Notes under the pieces: model-generated
The model's input: only the letters and a program-made list of their open reading frames with translations
The model's database searches: none
Told to the model about the DNA's origin: nothing
Translations under genes and position numbers: made by a program
Source of the DNA: Trichodelitschia bisporula
Lineage: Eukaryota
Direction of reading: 5' to 3'
Length of the DNA stretch: 64,000 nt
Assembly (NCBI GenBank): GCA_010356995.1
Contig: ML996700.1
Location: 1-64,000, forward strand
In this document: positions 51,928 to 64,000 of the stretch, in pieces
Position numbering within the stretch: position 1 is the first letter of the stretch
Layout: each line of letters begins with the position of its first letter

Positions 51928-53581
51928 ATGCACGTTCCCACCGTCACCTCCCTCGACGAGATCTACCCGGCCGACGCGCTGCTCGCGCAAGCCCCGCGCT
52001 GGGATGGGCTACTGGAGTCCTTCAAAGCGGCCTTCGATGGCCGCAAGCCTGACTTCGTGGCCCGGAGTCCGGGGCGCGTGAACTTGATTGGCGAGGTAAG
52101 GGGAGGGAGGTCCTGTTGGGTTGGATACGGGCTGATGAGCGGCTAGCATATCGACTACTCTCAGTACGAAGTCCTCCCCATGGCCGTGACCGTGGACGTG
52201 CTCCTCGCCGTTGCCGCGCGGCCGGACGTTCCACAACAAGCGCGGATCGCGAACGTGGAAGAGGCGAAGTTCCCGCGGCGCGAGTTCGGGTTTGAGAAGG
52301 GCATTGAGATTGATAGCGAGACGCTGGAGTGGAGTAATTACTTCAAGTGCGGGCTGCGCGTGGCGACGGAATTGCTGCGCCGCAAGCGCGGGCCGGAGTT
52401 CGTGCCTGTGGGACTGGATGTCCTGGTGGACGGGTCCGTGCCGAGTGGAGGTGGGTTGTCGAGCAGTGCGGCGTTTGTGTGCGCCAGTGCGCTGGCGGCG
52501 ATGAGGGCGAATGGGGAGCGGGAGGTGGATAAGAAGGAGTTGGTGGAGCTGGCGATTGTGTCGGAGCGTGCGGTTGGGGTGCAGTCTGGCGGGTAGGTGG
52601 CCGCCCCTCTAGTTCTAAACTCCCTCTGCTAACGAGGCACGCAGGATGGATCAGTCAGCTTCCGTGTTCGGCGAGCGTGGCAGCGCGCTGTACGTCTCCT
52701 TCAAGCCGACCTTGCAGGCCACACCGGTGCACTTCCCGTCTACAGACCCCGAGCTCGTCTTCGTGGTCGCGCAGTCCTTCGTCGCGGCCGACAAGCACAC
52801 CTCCGCCCCCGTGCACTACAACCTGCGCGTCGTGGAATGCGCGCTCGCCGCCGCGTTTCTCGCCAAAATCTTCCGCGTCGGCGACCTACCTTCTGACTCC
52901 ACGCCGCTCGGGCTCAGCCTGCGCGGCTTCCACGACGCGTACTTTGAGAAGCATGAGGGTGTGAAGGATAATACGACCACACCGCGGCCGCAGTTCCAGG
53001 CGCAGCTCGATGTGCTGCTGAGTCTGGTTGATGACTATTTGACGCAGGAGGAGGGGTATACGCGGGAGCAGATCGCGGGAGTGCTGGGTATGAGTGGGGA
53101 AGAACTCACCCAGTGCTTTTTCACCAAGTTCCCCGTCCGCGCGGAGCGGTTCATGCTCCGCCAGCGCGCGCAGCACGTCTTTGCGGAAGCAGCCCGCGTG
53201 CTCAAGTTCCGGGATCTGCTGGAGGGGTCCCCGGCGGAGGGAGAGGGCGGCGGCGAGGCGCTGCTTAAGAAGCTGGGGGAGTTGATGAATGAGACGCAGG
53301 AGAGTTGTTGCGTGTTGTATGAGTGTAGTTGTGCGGAGCTGGATGAGTTGTGTAAATTGGCGCGCGGGGCGGGGGCTTATGGGAGTCGGTTAACCGGGGC
53401 CGGGTGGGGCGGGTGTAGTGTACATCTTGTGCCGAAGGACAAGGTAGAGAAGGTGAGGGAGGTGTGGGTTGAGAGGTACTATCGGAGGAAGTGGCCGGAT
53501 ATCACGGAGGAGAGGTTGAGGGAGGCGATTGTCGTTAGTAAGCCGGGGAGTGGGAGTTGTGTGTATGAGGTTGAGAAGTAG
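51928..53581 (+). CDS. GAL1: Galactokinase, 3 exons
   Basis: SPGRVNLIGEHIDY across an intron, PSGGGLSSSAA, GGMDQSAS, YNLRVVEC, GSRLTGAGWGG. Confidence 0.96.
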
Positions 53582-53877
53582 GGATAAGGTCGATGTGCAC
53601 CACCTAGTACTACAGCATTAACTAACTAGCATATCTAATTGAGCGGGATGCCGCTTAGGCGTCCGGTTTCTGTATGTGGCGTCGACGGGCGTTTCCGATC
53701 AGACAAGGCGTAAGGCTGAAACATCAGATATCGCCAGAAGTGACGACAACGAAGTTTAGCCCTGCTTCTTGTGGAGGAACACGTCCATCTGGGTCAAATC
53801 TCTGTACTATCTTGCTGCATACAGACCGTACAGATGTACCCCACCATCACAGGCCATAGGCAATTCCTGCTAATTCC

Positions 53878-54723
53878 TCAGCTCAACCCCCTCCCCCGCC
53901 CCCTCGTCCCCCTCCCAATCCCAGTCCCACCACCAAGCCCGGACGCCGGCCTCCCAGTCCCCCTCGCCGCCCCCCTAGCTACCCCCCGTCCCCCCTGCCC
54001 TCCAACACCAACATACCCCGCCCCCGCACCACCCACACTCCCCCCCCTCGACCCCCGCCCCTTCCCCCTTCCCCTACTCCCAGCACTCGCGCGACTCGCC
54101 GCCTCAGCCCTCCTACGCTCCTCCTCCTCCGCCTGCCTAAGGGCCGCCTCGCGCCTCGCCTGATCCTCCGCCTGGCGGCGCCGGGCGTCACGCTCACGCT
54201 GCAAAGCTTCGGATTCGAGATCGGCAATATCCTGGGTGGCGCCATTCCAGGCTGGGTTCAGGATGAGGCGCTGGTTGTGTTCGGTTTGGGAGAGGATGCG
54301 GGTCCAGGTTTGGAGGAGGGTGGAGGCGGATGTTACTGTGCGGGAGACAGTCTGGGTGGAAGGTTAGCTTGAGTAAAGGGTGAAAGAGGACCCGAAACGC
54401 ACATCCATATTCGTCTTCGCCTTCTCCAAGCTTGCGACCACGTCTGAAACCACCTGGTTTATCTTCCTGATATTGGCGAGTTCGGCGCGCAGCGCGGCGT
54501 CACGTGCCTCTGCGGCTTCTTCGCTTGTGAGGCGTTCGGCTGGCTGTTGCCGCGACGCCGGGGCGGGCGCGGGATCGTCGGGCAGGTCGTAGGTTATTTC
54601 ATCATCTTCTCGCGTTAGACGCGCTTTGCGCTTTGCGGCGGCGATGGAGGGGGTGTCGAAAGGGTTGTCGGAGGAGTCGGAGAAGTGGATGACGTCGGGG
54701 TCGTCATCTTGGTAGTCGGACAT
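53878..54723 (-). CDS. DUO1: DASH/Dam1 complex subunit Duo1, 2 exons
   Basis: RDAALRAELANIRKINQVV...NMD|TVSRTVTSASTLLQTWTRILSQTEHNQRLILNPAWNGATQD, followed by an RG-rich tail. Confidence 0.88.
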
Positions 54724-55414
54724 GGTGGATTGAGCGTGTGGGGGTGTGCAAGTGGGGATTGTCGCGTTGTTGGTGGTGGTGTACCCCTCCATCGCCAAAC
54801 GGAATTGTTATTGTTGCATGTCACGGGAGATGGAGGGTCAAGCCACATATTGTTGAGCCACAGCTCAAGCCACTTATAGTCGCCACATCCAGCCACCATT
54901 CCCCAGCCACCGTTTGATGTTGTTTCTGCCTGAATTCGGCCAAATTCTGCCTGAAAATGGGCCTGACTCGGCTAGCTCCTGCGGGCGGAAACGACAACAA
55001 CATGCCGCCCTGTTCTCCTCGCCCAACCTCATCTCGCTTCATCTCCACTCCCCCCAGCCCCCCTTCCCCCACGCAACTCCTGCTCCACTCCATCTCCACT
55101 TTCCATCCCGCAAACATCCAAGCCTCATCCTCCTTGGTCCCATTCTCCACTTCCCCCACAAAATACCTCCATTGCTATTTGCGTCGCAGCTTTGGTTGTT
55201 GTTGTTGCTTGCAGCTTTGTTTGCTGTTGATCCTCCACATACGCGTCTTAACCCTTTCCGTTTGCTTCAAACCTCCGCGTCCTTGAGTCAATCCCTCCAT
55301 TGTACGGCATCAAACCCATCTATACCCTCTGGCACCATCCGGATACGCGCCATCGGAACCCATCATCACTATCTCGCACCGCCGGCCCCGCTGCACCTCA
55401 GTCACCGTCCCATA

Positions 55415-56933
55415 ATGGCAACAACACCACCACCACCGGCTCGGGTGCACACCCCCCCTCCCCCAGTCCACGGTCCGCGCTACGATGACTGGGAACCGTA
55501 TTCACCACGCCGCTCTAGTCGCGTAGCTGCGCGTCAACAACAGCAACAGGACCAGCAACAGTCTAAGCGCAAGCCGATTGTCGACCGTCAACCAACGACA
55601 CCCAGCAAGGCCCGGAGCAATGCACGCTTGGGCACGCCGGAGCATCACCTGCGGTCCGGATTGTTTGCCCATCCCCCCTCATCACCGCCTCCGTCCTCCT
55701 TCAAAAAAGCCCACCGCACCAAGGCGTCGTTTTCTCGCCCCGCTACCGTCAAGAAGACTGCTGCCGAATGCCTTCAGTCGCCTGTCGACTCGGACGCCGA
55801 CTCTGAAAAGGGAACCAGCCTTGCCCCCCCCGCGTCGCCACGCGTGTCTCGCACGCTGGGCCTGCCCACGCCGTCCAAGACGCCCAAGAAACGCAAGGCT
55901 GTTGCTCCGCCTGGCTCTACGGCTCGCACCCTCTTCACGGGCAAGTTCAGCAATATCGAGGACGTAACGCCCAAGTCTCGCAGGATGACAGCCGCTCCCA
56001 GCAGTGCCCTGAATGCCAACACCGCCCCCATCGAAATCTACACCGACTTCCAGGACCGCCGCCCCGAAGTCGATGAAAGTGCCGACAACCCCTTCTGGAC
56101 CAAAGACGCCCCCGCCGCGCCTAAGCCGCCCAAGAACGACACCGAGGAGCTAGCACGCATCCGCCAAGCCGTCGACGACGACGATGGCGTAGCATTTGTC
56201 TTGTAAGTCGACCCTTTTTACCCGTTTATATGCCTAGCTAATATCTCCCAGCCGCGGCCGCACAGTCATCCGCCGCTTCCACAGGGAAACGCGCACCACC
56301 CGCACGAGCCGCTTCCTGGAACCTGAAGACGAGCTCGACGCTGCGGCCGCAGATGTGCAACGCGCGGTCCGCACAGGCGACGAGCTCCCCCCGATGCCTA
56401 AAATCGACCTCAAGCCCCGCAAGCTGGACTTCCGCTCCGAAACGCTGGGCAAGCGGACTACGATCTTCGATGTCGAATCCGACGAGGCGTCCGCTACCGA
56501 TGCAGACGAGGAAGCGCTGACCGACATCGACATGCCTGAACTAGGCAAGGGGACGTCGGTGGCCGCTGCGCAGCCCGGCGGTGCGGCTGAGGATGCCAAT
56601 GATGCGGACACGGAGACTGATGTTGACGTGCCTACGCCCCGTGCCAAGCGTTCTCCGGCGCCTAGATCGCCGGTTAGGCCGGCTAGGGCGGCGCGTGCTA
56701 ATTCCTTCAAGCAGTGGGGACGGTATAAGGCTGACTCCGGGTCGCAGAGCTCGAAAGCGCTGGAGGAGGTGGATATGGCGGATGCGCCGGCTGAGGTGCC
56801 GAAGCGGCAGTTGAGGAGTCAGACTACTGCGAAGACGCCGGTTGTGGCTGAGGAGGGGCGGTTGAAGAGGAAGAGGCGTCTTTCTGTTGGGGCGGGGGAG
56901 GGGAGTCCGACTAAGCGGGCGCATGCTGCGTAG
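55415..56933 (+). CDS. S/T-P-rich protein resembling a Rum1/Sic1-type CDK inhibitor, 2 exons
   Basis: LPTPSKTPKK, IEIYTD...ESADNPF, GVAFVFRGRTVIRRF (across intron 56203-56251), LKPRKLDF. Confidence 0.65.
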
Positions 56934-57763
56934 GGCGCTGGTTTTCAAGTGATTTTTGGGTTTGGGTTGTAAGGCTTTTTGGCAAAGCGTGTGTCAGTGG
57001 ATTTGCGGTTGGGATGGGGAGGTGGATCACTGGTGGGTAGCAATAGGACTGAGCGAGCGGGCGTTGAGGCGTTTGTGGCTTTTTGAAAGGGGTTAGCTTG
57101 CGTATCTCGATCCCTCGAGCGCTTTAGGTCCTTGGGTTTAAGATGGTGGGATGAGTAGTCTGTGGTTGGCCAGGGTGAGGATCTGACTGGCTTACTGGAG
57201 CCGACCAGTCTTTTGTTAGTAGCGAGCATCTGTTCCGAGCATTGTAGTCTGATACCAAAAAGTTCTGCATCAAGTCCATCTATGTGAACTACGTAAATTA
57301 TCTCCACGCGTGATGGAAACGTGAAATGGCCGAAAGTATACACATCCCCCTCGGCCAAGTGGCTCTTTCACAGATGTGGCAGAAGCTTTCAGGATCTGAG
57401 CATTTAGAAAGGATGATTCTGAAGAGGCGACTGCTACCCTTCATAGTCAGGACGAGTAAATGCCATATCCATTCTAGCTCCCAAATGCCCCACTGCCACA
57501 TGAGGGCCACTCACTCAAAGCAAAGTCAGCGCAAAGACCGCAGAGCGGCTTGATTCGTTCATGATGGCTACTATCACCAGTAGACCCAGGACCTTTTCCG
57601 CACCTTAGAAAATGGCTAGACAACCAATCCCACAGCCACCGTGTGTGGAACGTCACACACCCCGCCCGACCGGCTTTGTGCCATTTCTACCATGCAACAG
57701 TTCCCCGATAACGCCGCCGAGCCGCTCAAGATAAATCATTCAACCCGCCGTCTGATCAAGAAA

Positions 57764-59291
57764 CTAGTACGTCCGGGCGAGATTCCGCAGGTACCAGTCT
57801 ACCAGCCTGCGGCCGACCTTGGCTTCGGACACGTGGATGAGATCCTAGAAAAGTCAGTTATTGTACACATCGAGATGGGACAAAACGTACACCCTCGAGC
57901 GCGTAATCCAGGTCGCTGCTGTTCACAACATCACCGTCGAGCAAGCCGCCCTCGTTCCACCGGATCTGCCGACTCCGCTGCTTGTTCACCAGCAGCCAGC
58001 TCCGCAGCTTCTCCGGCTCGACCTCCAGGAAGCCCGCCAGCTTCTTCAAGTCCATAGTGGTATAGAGCTTCAGGTAGCTCTTGACAGTCGGCGACCACAT
58101 GTTGTTCTTGACCTCGTCCATGAAGACAGCGAGGTGGTGCTCCACGGGATCAATGTTGACCTCCGGGTGGTCAAAGTCAGGAGGCGTAGGCGAGATGAAC
58201 TTGGGGCACGCGGTGCGGAACATCTCCTCAAACAACGGCAGCGAATCGGGGCCACCACGCTGCATCCGGATGAACTGCTCGTTGAACTTCTCACGAAGCG
58301 CCGTGTGGATGGTGTCATCAAGACGGGTGGGGTGGAACGCCACGCAGATGGCGATAAGAGCGTACATCTGGTCGTTCTTCTTCGTAATCGAGTCGTACTG
58401 CGCGTTTTTCTGGAAGTTCTTCGTCCGCGAAACGTAGACCAGAATGTGGCTGAACATCCGAATGGCATCGGCATACCGACGCATCATCATGTAGGAGAAC
58501 CCGACATAGTAGTAGGTCGTAAAGTGTGCAGCCATGACGCGCGCAAACATGGCCTTCTTGTTGAGCTCAATGTCGTCGAGCGTCTTCAAGGCCAGGCTGA
58601 AGTCGCCCAGCAAGCAGTGCACCCGCAGGAGGCCGATGATGGAGAAATACCCCAGCATGCGGTACAGCGGCCGGTTGCCGTAGTCGCCGGCGTACTGAGT
58701 AGCGTCCTCGCCGCGCTTCATGGCAGAAAGCTGCTCGCTGATCTGCGACCGCTGGATCAGTGAATAGAGAACGTTGAGCACGCTGTAGCATCCCCAAGTG
58801 TTCGGGTTTTCCCTCAGCAGCTGGATCTCCTCTTGGTTCTCGCCCTTGAGGGCAACACGCTGGCGATAGCTGCAGAAGCTGTTGAACTGGTAGATGAATT
58901 CATCGATGACATCCCATGCCCAGTAGTACTGCCCAGTTAGATTCAATTCCGCAGAGGATTGAGGCACACAAACCGAGGGGACTTCCAAATCCACAGGACC
59001 CTCCGAGTTGAGGATGTAGTGAAACAAGCTGCAGTAGTTGTCGTAGCTGGCAAACTTGGTCTCTAGAGTCGCTTGAAACTCCAGCGGGGTCGCTGCAGCC
59101 GCCAGCTGTGCGTGGATATCCTGCGTTCCTCCTCCCAGCGACGTCGTCCGGTCCAGCTCATCCAAGCCACCATCCTCGTACTGGACCTGCTCTCTGTAGT
59201 CTTGCACCAGAGCCTCCTCCTCGACATCGGAGTCGTCACCCGACGGCCGCGTGGGCGCGTTACTGTACGCAGCGCCTTGTCTCAAACTCAT
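57764..59291 (-). CDS. Translation initiation factor eIF3 subunit L, 3 exons
   Basis: SYDNYCSLFHYILN, WAWDVIDEFIYQF, LGYFSIIGLLRVHCLLGD, ACPKFISP, SYLKLYTTM. Confidence 0.95.
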
Positions 59292-59536
59292 GCTGGGTGG
59301 TGGGGTGTGTGGAGTGGGGTGGTGTTGCGGGAGAGATGCGGCGCGGATCGGGATTTGACGATGGGCTCGGTGCGTTCGCTTCTGTTGAAAATCAGAAGTT
59401 CGCTAGAGTTGTGGCGGTTTGGTGGAGGGGCATGCGACTTGGCACTGTGGCTCGTGTGCCCTTCGGTAGCCACACTTGTGGGGCTGTTATTTTTGAGAAG
59501 AGAAAATCCTACTACCTGCATGTCGAAGCATGATCA

Positions 59537-59626
59537 GCCCCTTTAGCTCAGTTGGTAGAGCGCGGCACTAGTATCTGCTCACAGCAGTCAATGCCGAGGT
59601 CGATAGTTCAACTCTGTCAGGGGGCA
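59537..59626 (+). tRNA. tRNA-Thr(AGT) with a 17-nt intron (59574-59590)
   Basis: Acceptor stem GCCCCTT/AGGGGGC, D-arm GCTC/GAGC, anticodon stem CGGCA/TGCCG with CT-AGT-A, T-arm GATAG-TTCAACT-CTGTC, and an oligo-T Pol III terminator at about 59644-59652. Confidence 0.95.
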
Positions 59627-60077
59627 AGCTTGAGAAGCTTCAATTTTTTTTTATCCTTGATACGGGAGCTCATAATTTTTGGTCCCGCTGCCTATGGCAT
59701 CGAATGATACCCGACGCGTGCTTCGGGAAGGCCGGCGGCCACGGAGACCTGCGGTCGTTGTTCGCTGATCAGATCTCTTCGCTTACTGTTGCTTGGATTC
59801 TAGGCACGTCATCGATTTTCGATTAGGCGATTGCCGATATCCAGTGCCTTGCTTCTTGATACCCGCACCCCTCCATATATAAGAGATACTCGAAAAGAGA
59901 CTAGAGTTCCAGGCTCAGATGCCTGTGATTGGCCCTGATACGGTTGATATCATGCCAGGTCGTTCGAGAAACGACAATTAGCTGATGATCATCCCCCCAG
60001 TTGATCCTCTAGAAACTAGGCTCTGAATAAATACAGTAGTTCATCTTGCAGACCTCACACGGGAATACATCGTCAAA

Positions 60078-61081
60078 ATGGCACCAACTTATAAAATAGC
60101 TATCATTCAGCTGTACTCAGAAGTCAGCCGTATTCTAATTCCATGAGCTCTGCTAACTTGAACAGCCCCTAGACGTGGAGGCCAACTTTGAGAAGGCAGC
60201 CGATTTTGTCACTGATGCCGCCTCCCAAGGTGCCCAATTGGCCGTCCTTCCTGAATATAACTTAACCAGCTGGGTACCTTCGGACCCCCTCTTCCTCGCC
60301 TCAGCCGACCGTTGGGCTGAGTTTCTCTCTCGGTTCTGCAACCTGGCCCGCGAGAACAATATCTGCATCGTGCCCGGGACTATCATCCGGCGGGTGAAGA
60401 ATGCCGAAACGGGCGTATCGAGGTTGCTGAATATTGCGTACTTCATCGACAACCACGGTCAGGTGATTGGGGAGTATGTCAAGAAGAACTTGTGGTAAGG
60501 ATCTTGGGTCAGACTGGACTTGATGATGCTGATATAGAAGGCATCCTGAGCGCGACCATCTGCACTCCTCGGCCCGCGATCCTCATGTCGTATTTGACAC
60601 GCCCCTTGGCCGGGTAGGCATGCTCGTGTGCTGGGACTTGGCTTTTCCGGAGGCCTTTCGAGAGTTGGTCAGTCAGGGGGCGAAGCTGATTATCATTCCA
60701 TCGTTCTGGACGTTGAAGGATTGTGGGGCGGAGGGCAGAGCGCTCAATCCATTGTCCGAAGCCGTGTTCCTCAACAACTGCCTTGTTGCGCGAGCGTTCG
60801 AGAATACCTGCGGTAGGTCGAAGCTCACTGACGAGACATGAGCTCATATCGTAGCTGTTGTATTCGTCAATTCCGGGGGCCCAGCGGAGGAGGGTTTTGC
60901 TGGGCTGTCGCAGGTCACGGTACCGTTTGTCGGGACGTTGGCCAGACTCGATAACCCAGATGAAGACATGACTATTGTGGACGTCGACTTTCACACCCTA
61001 GAGCTTGCAGAAGACAACTACAAGGTGCGAGCCGACCTGGCGAGGGACGATTGGCATTACAGCTACCGCCATGGACGGTAG
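60078..61081 (+). CDS. Carbon-nitrogen hydrolase (nitrilase superfamily), 4 exons
   Basis: Catalytic E-K-C motifs LPEY, YVKKNLWHPER and VCWDLAFPE, plus ARAFEN. Confidence 0.9.
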
Positions 61082-61556
61082 GGGAATGGAGGATCATAGT
61101 TGCCCCTCATTAGGGGAAGCTCCATCCGAAATTCATCAGATTTCGTAGGCATTCGAACTTGGACGAGGTACACTGACGAAGTACCAGCCTTGCCAAATTG
61201 CTTGACTGGAACAGGCCCCTTGTGCGCATCGGCCTCTAGGGTACCACATCAGTCAAGGGTACGCTGGAGCTTTACGCAGAGCGAAACATTAGTGGAAAGA
61301 GTGCGGTCAAACAGCTTGGTAGAGCTAGAAATTTTGGAAAGAACACTGTGCGGAAGGGATACATAGCAATGATGAAGTTCCATGGCCGCCTGTCTAGATT
61401 GGTGGGCAAAACCGCCGATGACGATTTGGCTGCTGAAAGAATAGATTGCTCTGTGCAGAGCCCACTCTGCGTAGATAATCCGGCCACAACTTTTCTGACA
61501 AGCCCTCGGGCTTGAACGACGCACAAAAACTGCACGGCGCAAAGTGCTCACTCCCC

Positions 61557-63121
61557 ATGGACAAGAATGCAACACCACCACCGTCCTTACACCAGCCCGT
61601 TCCGGCCCAAGATGCCGCGCAGCAGCTGGTGGGGCGAGCGACTCCGGTGGAGCCAGGCAACTCCCTCTATGCACAGTTGACGGGCAATCCGTTCTTCACG
61701 GCGGTGCGCAGCTCCCCGATGCGACAGACCGCGCTGATCGTGACAGGGCTTTGGTCTAGCTGTACTTGCTGCCGGACTCTCTACGGCTCAGAAAGGCGTC
61801 AAACGTGGTGCGGAGCTGCTTCGACGCCGATTGCTGGTCGACGTGGAGATCACGCGCAATGATGAAGCATACCCGTGGCTGCTGCATTGGATGTCGGCGA
61901 ACCAGAAGGCACAATATTCGGGCACACAGCTTTCTGGCTCTGCAGAGTCAGTCTTGCTACTTGGATTGTGTCTATAAGCTCATAGTTTTCAGGATATCCG
62001 AACCTCGAGGCGCAATCGCATCCTTGATCCGCCGATTTACACCCGGCCTTCACCACCTCCAGATCAACACTGCCCGTGTGACGCGACCGGATGGCTCCTC
62101 ACATACACACTTTGCGCTCGTCCCTGGGCCTGGAAGACATATTTTGCGGTACAGAAGTTCCTTCATCGCTGTTAACCGACAGCGTGAGAAGTCATTTGAC
62201 CTCTCAACTGGCCAGCCGTTCGAAACTGTCACGCTGACTACACTCTATGCGCACCGTCATATCTTCGAGCAGCTATTTACCGAGGCTCACCACTTGGCCA
62301 AGCGCTTGCAGGAAGGCAAGACGGTCATGTACACGGCGTGGGGCACAGATTGGAAGCCGTTCGGTGAGCCGAAACGAAAGCGTCCACTAGACTCGGTCGT
62401 GTTGGAAGAGGGGGTCAAGGAACGTATCGTGGATGATATTCGCGCGTTTCTCGAGGCCAGGACCTGGTACCTCGACCGTGGCATCCCATACCGGCGCGGC
62501 TATCTGCTATACGGCCCTCCTGGGACCGGCAAGAGCTCCTTCATCCAAGCTCTGGCTGGTGAGCTGGATTTCAATATTGCAATTCTCAACGTGAGCGAGC
62601 GGGGGCTGACAGACGACCGTCTCAACCACCTCCTGACCAAGGTGCCTCAGCGGACAATTGTGCTGCTTGAGGACGCGGATGCAGCCTTTGTCAACCGCAA
62701 GCAGTCGGACGAGCATGGCTATACCGGTCCCACTGTGACCTTCTCTGGGCTCCTCAACGCCTTGGATGGCGTGGCGAGCGCTGAGGAGCGCATAATCTTC
62801 CTCACCACAAATCATGTGGAGAGACTCGATGAAGCCCTTGTCAGACCTGGGCGCGTTGACATGACGGTGCGCCTCGGAGAGGCTACCGAGTACCAGATGG
62901 GACAGCTTTGGGACCGCTTCTACGCCGACATTGATACCGACAGGAAGGGGAAGCAGAGATTTATGGAGCGTGCTCGGGAGCTGGGGCTGGCGAAGAACGT
63001 CAGCACCGCTTCCCTACAGGGCTTGTTCTTGTATAATAAAGGGGACATGGACGGCGCCATCGCGATGGTAGAAGGTCTGGCAAACCCTAGTGCTCTGACC
63101 CATCCCAACACCGGAACGTAA
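61557..63121 (+). CDS. BCS1: Mitochondrial AAA chaperone Bcs1, 3 exons
   Basis: GNPFFTAGFGL, LVPGPGRH, WYLDRGIPYRRGYLLYGPPGTGKSS, LLEDAD, FSGLLNALDGV, RPGRVD. Confidence 0.96.
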
Positions 63122-64000
63122 AGTGTACATTAGATGATAGACCGCCGTAATAGCGTACGAACAGAGCGGAATTACTCTGTGATCGGGCTGTTACTGAATG
63201 GCGGGCGGAATGGCCCGCCGGTTTGTGGCTTGACAGAATGCTTGGGGTTCACCCCTGCTCCGGCAAGGGTACGGGCCGCAGGATCACCGGTCATTGCGCA
63301 TTGTGGGTGCAGCTTGCCAGAGCAGACGTGCAGCAGGCCGACGAAAGCAGTACCATATTGTCGTCTTCCTAGTTCTGCCCCCACACAAGCACTGTCTATC
63401 CTTAGTCGCCGATATTCGTACCAAGCGATTAAACCCCACGAACAAATTAATCCGCACAATCAGCTATGCCCCCGCATGCAGGACGCTAATGCCCGTATCG
63501 GCCCCGGCCATCCCACACCCGCAGTCACACCAGGAAACAGTCGCACGCAGCCGGAAGGAGCCTTGGAACTGACGAAGCTTCCCCTGCGAAGCGACTCCTC
63601 CGTTACACACTCAGACGACGACGCCCCTCATGCCAGGACATCTGCAGGTGAAGGTCCGGAGGAAGAGATGGCCCCAGGATCGCGACCCGCCGATGACCAT
63701 GCCTTGACCGGTACCCCGCTGCTCGGATCGTCGCATAAGCGCACTGGCTCCTATGGAATAATACCGCAGGATGGAGAGGGCGGACCGAGCGCTGGCCGCG
63801 GCAACGGCACTCGTACGGACAAGAAAAGTCGGCGGAGACATTCGGTCGGCGAGAGCGAAGAACCTCTCATCGAAGCGTCGCCGTCGACGTCCCCCCGCCG
63901 GAGGAGCGTGCCCTGGGGAGAGCGATCCAAACGCAGACAATCCACAGATGTATCGGGCCTAGAGGCCGCACTGGAGAGAGGATCAGAGTCGGGCCTGGAG

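Noticed and set aside
54914..55414. N-terminal extension of the 430-aa ORF
   Set aside because: It is pyrimidine-rich 5' UTR-like sequence; the ATG at 55415 is in good context and starts the gene-like part.
63500..64000. Possible end of a gene at the right edge
   Set aside because: No frame gives a recognisable protein; the next window is needed.

Overview
Eukaryotic, GC-rich, intron-containing DNA from a filamentous ascomycete (Pezizomycotina; inferred from short GT-AG introns with CTAAC/CTGAC branch points and from gene content). The window is a gene-dense housekeeping region. It holds 27 recognisable protein-coding genes: DAHP synthase, GOT1, IES6, DAD4, ARP5, eIF3c, YAK1, a C2H2 protein, MCP1-like, TTL-domain protein, RNase H2B, MCM10, FAT1-like, a kelch membrane protein, an MCH-type MFS transporter, a BTB-like protein, DUF3445, a class II peroxidase, a TACC-like protein, a Cps1-like GT2, galactokinase, DUO1, a Rum1/Sic1-like protein, eIF3L, a nitrilase and BCS1 are the main calls. 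It also holds one intron-containing tRNA-Thr(AGT). I saw no transposon or CRISPR array. The most notable items are: (1) a ~316-nt strand-specific structured RNA candidate with C/D-box-like ends and an LSU-rRNA antisense element, downstream of IES6; (2) the IES6-DAD4-ARP5 micro-cluster, where the 5-exon DAD4 is invisible to the ORF track; (3) a long, highly foldable first intron in the MFS gene; (4) a probable Rum1/Sic1-type CDK inhibitor; (5) alternating C-rich and G-rich blocks inside genes. All calls come from reading the sequence by eye and recalling family motifs. No searches were run.
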